A stretch of 56,744 bases of DNA, counting the filler, from Stramenopiles sp. TOSAG23-3 (Eukaryota), in NCBI GenBank assembly GCA_900128585.1. It is 3 parts of 3 records of this genome, joined end to end, with 100 filler letters (N's around TTAATTAATTAA, not from the genome) between each part and the next. Parts side by side here need not be neighbours in the genome. Positions count along the whole stretch, not along the records: positions 37,920 to 56,744 come from LT642418.1; 2 more parts are not named here. The stretch is one strand, 5' to 3'. Positions within the stretch are counted from its first letter, which is position 1, and the number at the start of each line of letters is the position of its first letter. The notes under the pieces were generated by a model. That model worked only from the letters and a program-made list of their open reading frames with translations, was not told the origin of the DNA and searched no databases. The translations under genes were made by a program, and so were the position numbers. Below are positions 51,289 through 56,744 of this stretch, one piece after another.

Positions 51289-52671
51289 CTATACTCTTAA
51301 CGCAAAATTTGGCCCGAACTTATGCCGGCCGCCGCCTCCTTTGATCAGTTCAAGCGGGCTAGTATCTTCTGGTTCCCATCTCGTAACCCCTACAGGCCTT
51401 CTCTGACCATTGTACAAAAAATTTCCTGCAGTGCTAGCTATTTCTACTGTCCCATTGAATACCCACTTCCCGCCCCCAAATTTAAGCACTGCACCATCGC
51501 GAACAGATATGCACCCTTCGAGCCAGACATTTCCGGAACCACATTTCAAAACTACCCCTGCGAGGATGATGTGATCAATGAACTTGGAGCAAACACGAAT
51601 GTCATGGCTCGTGTTTCGTGGTGGAACCACTAAGCGGAAGACTGGGAGACCCACCAGAGTCTTTTCTTGCTTCAAGGCAAAGCCATTGCTTAAAATAATT
51701 TTGGACGCTGCAAACGTCTTATTGACAAAAACATGCTTGCCTTGATAGGGTGGTGCAGAGAGTCGGGGAGGTACTTGCATCAATATGTCCGTAGTCGAAT
51801 AATGAATGTTGAAGTCTGGGCCAAATGTGTGCCATCGGTGGGCACCCCCTAAATACTCTGCGTGTGAACTATCTTTGTTCCATGGGACGTAAGTAATGCC
51901 TTTCCCGCATATAGCAGGAATAAGAGAGGTGCTTGAAATAAACCAGTTGCCGTCAAAAGTCATATTGCGAGCTCTTGGGCACCAGCACGCGCCATCTAGA
52001 ATACGAATTTCCCCAGCCACCCAGGCCGAGTCGAAATTTATCACCAAATCAATTCCTTCAACAATTAGTAAGTCTACAAATGGGGCTGGGGAAGCTGCAA
52101 GCGACGCTTTACCCTTTCCTATGGAACTGGAGCCCGAAGAAGGCGTTGGACACATTGTCCACCTGTTTCTCTGAGTACGTTGACAGACTTCTGTCAGAGA
52201 AAGAGTCCAACCATTGGAAAGTTCTATAGTACCTGAAGACTGAGGCCCGATGCCAACTTTCACAGGTTCCAATTGCTCTATCTCGGCATTCTTACTGACG
52301 GTATCCCCCAAAGTAGATTGGCACCCTTTAGTGCCAGCTTCCGGAGTCTCCGAAGGTGGGGAGGGGGAAGGAGGCTCAATAACTGTTCGTTGGGGAGCGG
52401 ATGGGATCGGTTGTTGGGTTGACAATATTTCCGTGGCTACGGGCACTTCGACTTGCGCCGATGAACTGCAGCATAAGACACATACACGCTGACGCTCTGA
52501 ATATCCACCAACAAACAATCGGTGAGGTGTACAAGCGTCGCAAAGCACTGCCCCACATGCTCTACAGTGATGCCTACGCCGCAGGAACCCAAAGTTACGC
52601 TCACAAATACCACAATTGTTTCTTGACAAGTCAGGCTCCCATTTCGATGGTTGCAGGAATGAAGACGCCAT
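51289..52671 (-). CDS. FYVE-domain protein with duplicated unknown C-terminal domain
   Basis: WEPD...C..C...F..LRRRHHCRACG...C..C...RVC..C. Confidence 0.9.
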   Translation of the reverse strand: MASSFLQPSKWEPDLSRNNCGICERNFGFLRRRHHCRACGAVLCDACTPHRLFVGGYSERQRVCVLCCSSSAQVEVPVATEILSTQQPIPSAPQRTVIEPPSPSPPSETPEAGTKGCQSTLGDTVSKNAEIEQLEPVKVGIGPQSSGTIELSNGWTLSLTEVCQRTQRNRWTMCPTPSSGSSSIGKGKASLAASPAPFVDLLIVEGIDLVINFDSAWVAGEIRILDGACWCPRARNMTFDGNWFISSTSLIPAICGKGITYVPWNKDSSHAEYLGGAHRWHTFGPDFNIHYSTTDILMQVPPRLSAPPYQGKHVFVNKTFAASKIILSNGFALKQEKTLVGLPVFRLVVPPRNTSHDIRVCSKFIDHIILAGVVLKCGSGNVWLEGCISVRDGAVLKFGGGKWVFNGTVEIASTAGNFLYNGQRRPVGVTRWEPEDTSPLELIKGGGGRHKFGPNFALRV

Positions 52672-53288
52672 AGGGCGTACCACAATGCACCCAATCAAAG
52701 TAACCCGAGCTAAGCGCGATTTACCGCGTCTTCAGTTCTACTCGCCGGAGACTTTGTATCAAGACGTGGCCAGCAAATGCCGTGGTATGTTGTTGTGTAA
52801 TGTAGTGAATACGGTTGGTGATAAAGTTTGGTGTGACTGAAACATATTAAACGACTGTTCAAAAATAAAAAATAATTTATTATTATTATTATTATTATAT
52901 AATTTCGACAATAATACTCCCATCCCTGTTGTTGTATTATATCCCTCTCGGTTCTCTCGGTGTCAACAATGACAAATATTTTTTTTTAAAAAACTTATTA
53001 TTATTATTATTCGAGACCTGCTTAGCTGGTATAATAGTCTATAAAATTAAATCATATAGTGTCTAATAGATTGGGTTACAGATCGATCATATCATCTCGT
53101 AGGTAATGTGGACTATACATAATATAAATAACATCACACAGCATTTACATTTGGAGTCAGTTCGAAAATTAAAAGAAGATCGATCGAAAACATTGAACAC
53201 CACATGAATGATGAAATAAAAAAATAAAAATAATTATATATAATACTACAGTACTAGTCCAACAGTATTATACTACTTGCATAAAAAG

Positions 53289-53621
53289 GTGAAAATTAAT
53301 AAAAAGATTTGTCCCAAGAAAATAAAAAAAAATTAAAACAAAGAAAATTTGGCTGTGTTATTTAAGAAAGTGTATAATTATTAAAATTAAATTCGGATCG
53401 TGCATGGAGTCCATCTGAGATTGATAGCCAAGACCAAGTGACAAGGGTATATCGATTTTAGTAAAATCACAAGAGCAAAGATAAGTTCGCAGTTCATGAA
53501 GGAATGCAAACCTAGAATGTCTAAATCTAGATTTCAGTTCGCAGTGTACATTTATAATACAGCCAATTTTCTTGTTTTAATTTTTTTTTATTTTCTTGGG
53601 ACAAATCTTTTTAATTTTCAC
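53289..53621. mobile_element. MITE-like element (family B) with ~65-bp inverted arms
   Basis: 53289-53356 and 53559-53621 are near-perfect reverse complements. No clear target-site duplication. Confidence 0.7.
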
Positions 53622-53676
53622 ACCAGAATAATTAAATTTAATGTCGCGTAACTTTCCGCCTTTCGTTTCTAAACGC

Positions 53677-54531
53677 TCATACCTGTGTTTCTTTCGCCGC
53701 GTTCTTGGCGTGAGCCTTTGCAAGCGCACTACGTTTGGGAACTAACGCGTATGTTATAACTGGGAGCATTTCGTCCGGAAAATTGGACTGTGTGGCGGAC
53801 AGAAGAATTTCTAGCCCTGCCTTTTCAAATATTGCACGCATCAGTTCGTCCGATCGTGTGACACTGCTATCGTCCTTGTCCACTAGAAAGGCCTTCTTCG
53901 TAACGGGGTTCATCACGTTCTCCTTGATCACAATCACACCCCCGGATTTCAAACCTTTCATACATCGGCGCAAAAATGTAATAAAATCGACGTCAGTCAA
54001 GTAAATAATTACCCATTGTATCCAAACGCATTCGTAATGGTTTTCCTTTGGTACCACAGCCTGTAAAGTTTCACAGAACCGCTCTCCCAAGAAAGGAGCA
54101 GGTACAAACTTGACGGACTCTTCCAGTAATCGGGGGTTACTTTCTACAAGGTCGCACTTCTTAAAGAACTTTGATAACAAATTTTTTGAGACGCGACCTA
54201 TTCCTGCGCCACAATCTAAGCAACGCCCAGATCTGGGTCCTAGACTCAGAGCCTCGTGCTTCAAAAGCTGGATCAAAAACGTGCATGACTGCGCTACGTC
54301 CAGCGGGTCCAATTGCCCGAATCCACCCAGAACGCCGTCCACTGTAGATGGGCAATTTTCTTCGTACCAGACATGGGCTTTCTTGTACCATGTGTCGTCT
54401 TTCAGCTCCTCGGCCCACATTTCATCTATCGAACTATACGAGCGCCCCTCACTATCTTCCCCCGGAGTTTCAATTCCAAAAGTCGGCGACAACGCCGCCG
54501 CCGGCTTCTGTTCGCCACCAGCAAAATTCAT
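53677..54531 (-). CDS. NTMT1: Alpha-N-terminal protein methyltransferase (NTMT1/Tae1)
   Basis: TVDGVLGGF, LDCGAGIGRVSK.LL, WIQWV..YLTD, IKEN, D.DDSSVTRS. Confidence 0.95.
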   Translation of the reverse strand: MNFAGGEQKPAAALSPTFGIETPGEDSEGRSYSSIDEMWAEELKDDTWYKKAHVWYEENCPSTVDGVLGGFGQLDPLDVAQSCTFLIQLLKHEALSLGPRSGRCLDCGAGIGRVSKNLLSKFFKKCDLVESNPRLLEESVKFVPAPFLGERFCETLQAVVPKENHYECVWIQWVIIYLTDVDFITFLRRCMKGLKSGGVIVIKENVMNPVTKKAFLVDKDDSSVTRSDELMRAIFEKAGLEILLSATQSNFPDEMLPVITYALVPKRSALAKAHAKNAAKETQV

Positions 54532-55132
54532 GCTCAAGAGTACCCAAGTAAAGTTGTGTATCAAAACAAACGTCTTTTGTCTTTTTGTCCTGCGCACTAC
54601 TTTCTGTCAAAGGCTGGTCGTTATTTTTCCAACACTCTCCATCCCACGTTGGTAACAATGTCATAATCATTTGTTATAATCAAACTTTCGAGAAGAAGAA
54701 AAGAACAACACAAACAACAACTCCAATCATCATTTTTTTTTTAAAACAAAAATAATAATAATAAATATAATAAATATTTTATAATAATATTATTATAAAA
54801 TATCCTGATGATAGAAAGTGTATGTACTTGTATTTACAAAACAATACAACATAAATAAAAATCGATCGTCACGGTTGCGGTTACGTGGGACATGATCGGC
54901 TGGACCGCCACCAGCACAGGGGCTGAAAATGTGAAAATGCCAGTTTACTGGAGGATACAATGCTACGATTGATGCTCGCGACGTGCAAATGCTGCGCGTT
55001 AAGAAGGTGTAACAAATATGTTACGAAGTACTTGTTAAGCTCAAGTCTTACTCTATTAAGAATAAGAAGTACCATATACGAGAAGTAAATTAACATATAA
55101 GAGCGTAAGTCATTTTAAAATATAAAAGGTTC

Positions 55133-56443
55133 TTACATGATGTTGCTGCTGCTGCTGCTGCCGACGCCGCTACCGGTGGGTGTATATATTGTTTTTGAAT
55201 TCATTTTTCCTTTCGGTGAATGCACGTCACAAGCAACGTTCCACTCTAGTTTGCCGTTGCTTCCCAGCCGAAGGTTTAACGTACAATTATTTTCAACCCC
55301 ACACGTGGGATGAAATCTTTTGCCGCAATTCGACGAGCAGGAAAGAATCGCCCCAGTGTTCCCTTTGCATATAAAGCACGGGACCGTGTGCTTCGCTTTC
55401 AATACCTTCTTTACACCAGCAATTGGTTCCATTTTATCTGCATTTACAAAATACGTCCCTTCGCCCCACATACAGCACATTATATGCGCCCATTCCTGTT
55501 TTTTTCCAGCGGCGCGTTCTGAACCATCTTGTTGGACGGGCTTCAAGGCGCCTCCCTTGACCGGACAAAGAACGCAAATGCGTTCTTCCATTCTAACCTT
55601 CTCTGCGCACGGCCGACAGTACCACGGTCCCTCCGGGATTACTTTAAGTCCACCATAGCACGCTTGGTGCACGGCAGTGTTGCACTCCGTATTTTCGCAA
55701 ATAACTATTAAGTTGTTCTCTTCGTTGTCACCATTGTAGCAAACGGAACATTTAATCTCGTCGAGAGGGTCCATGGCCTTGTCAGACCCTTCCCTGGGTT
55801 CTGCGATGGTAACTTCAGGTTCATTTTCGATGTCTGTTTTTTGGTTCTGTTCATCAACCAGCACTGTCGAAGTGCAATTAGCGAGGCCTTCCGACTTGTT
55901 GCTGTCCGGTGTCGTGTCATCGCCGCGTGTTTCGCCCACGGCTTTGTTCAACTCTTCGTCGGGCTCTGCGATGGTAACTCCATTAACATTTTCGATTTCT
56001 GTTTTTTTGTGCTGTTCTTCCGGTGCCAGCGCGGTGTCTTCTTCTTCGGGTATCTTGTCGCCTTCGTGCGTCTCGTTGCCTTCCGCCTTGTTGCTCTCCG
56101 GTGTCGTGTCGCCGTCGGGTGCCGTGTCGACGTCGAGTACGTTGTTGCTTTTTTGCGAACCAATCCCGCCCTCCTGTTCTTTCTGCACTATTGTCGAAGT
56201 CTCCGTCTTCTTCGCTGGGGCTGCTGTGCTGGCCATGTGCGACGTTTTTGGTTTTTTATGCTTCGGATGGAGGTAATGCACAGATGATGGGGCATTGATA
56301 ATGTCCCACATTTCTAAAGTCGAGCGCGAGAGATGGGAGCAATCCATCTCAAGCTCCATAATGTCGGCATCTAATCCTTGCCGCTCGTCCAGAAGCAACT
56401 TAATTTGCCCTAATATCAAATCACGGGATGTCACCTCACTCAT
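55133..56443 (-). CDS. PHD-zinc knuckle-PHD (PZP) chromatin protein, BRPF/JADE/AF10-like
   Basis: CSVC...C...C..AVHQACYG...PEGPWYCRPC, C.LCP..GGALKP, WAH..C, C.IC...GA...C...C...FH.TC...C..H. Confidence 0.9.
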   Translation of the reverse strand: MSEVTSRDLILGQIKLLLDERQGLDADIMELEMDCSHLSRSTLEMWDIINAPSSVHYLHPKHKKPKTSHMASTAAPAKKTETSTIVQKEQEGGIGSQKSNNVLDVDTAPDGDTTPESNKAEGNETHEGDKIPEEEDTALAPEEQHKKTEIENVNGVTIAEPDEELNKAVGETRGDDTTPDSNKSEGLANCTSTVLVDEQNQKTDIENEPEVTIAEPREGSDKAMDPLDEIKCSVCYNGDNEENNLIVICENTECNTAVHQACYGGLKVIPEGPWYCRPCAEKVRMEERICVLCPVKGGALKPVQQDGSERAAGKKQEWAHIMCCMWGEGTYFVNADKMEPIAGVKKVLKAKHTVPCFICKGNTGAILSCSSNCGKRFHPTCGVENNCTLNLRLGSNGKLEWNVACDVHSPKGKMNSKTIYTPTGSGVGSSSSSNIM

Positions 56444-56744
56444 AATACCTAATCGACTACTATTCTGATATCTACAATGTATAGTTGGAATGCAATTGAT
56501 TTTAAAAAATGAACTCTAGACGCGCTTGGACAGTTGAAACACTACTACCAAAGGGGCAATAAAAACTACTTTGGTTCTGTTTTAACGGTTGCTTCATTCT
56601 TTTTAAAACAATTCTTTCATTCATCGCATTCTTCTTCATTACAACCTCCTCTGATTCAATATATAGACTTTCTTTTTCAATAAGGTATTAATTATGCCTT
56701 CTTCATCTCTCTTCTTCTCTCTCTTTTGCTCTTCTTTTTTTTTA

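Noticed and set aside
54870-55080. GC-richer patch downstream of the PZP gene
   Set aside because: No consistent frame or RNA motif; may simply be 3' UTR.

Overview
Eukaryotic (protist-like) nuclear DNA. TMEM138 suggests a flagellated cell, but the taxon cannot be fixed from this sequence. The window is three unrelated contigs of ~18.8 kb joined by artificial N44-TTAATTAATTAA-N44 linkers (18864-18963, 37820-37919). About 25 apparently intron-less, GC-balanced genes sit in very AT-rich spacers. The highlight is an ORF-free ~4.6-kb block (11204-15790) that reads as a dense same-strand snoRNA cluster. It holds 11 box C/D RNAs with recognisable rRNA-antisense guides, several H/ACA RNAs including a triplicated hairpin, and an orphan multi-hairpin RNA at its 5' end. 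Other highlights: (1) an operon-like PKR1-LYRM-coiled-coil trio with a 7-nt spacer and an ATGA overlap; (2) unusual architectures (TROVE-TerD, RNase H1-N/Pif1/GRF, DEP-C2-VASt, FYVE plus a duplicated domain); (3) DAP1-like and GR-like 7TM candidates; (4) short inverted or palindromic repeat families at gene 3' ends, one bracketing a whole gene. All rRNA matches and family calls come from recalled consensus sequences, not database searches.
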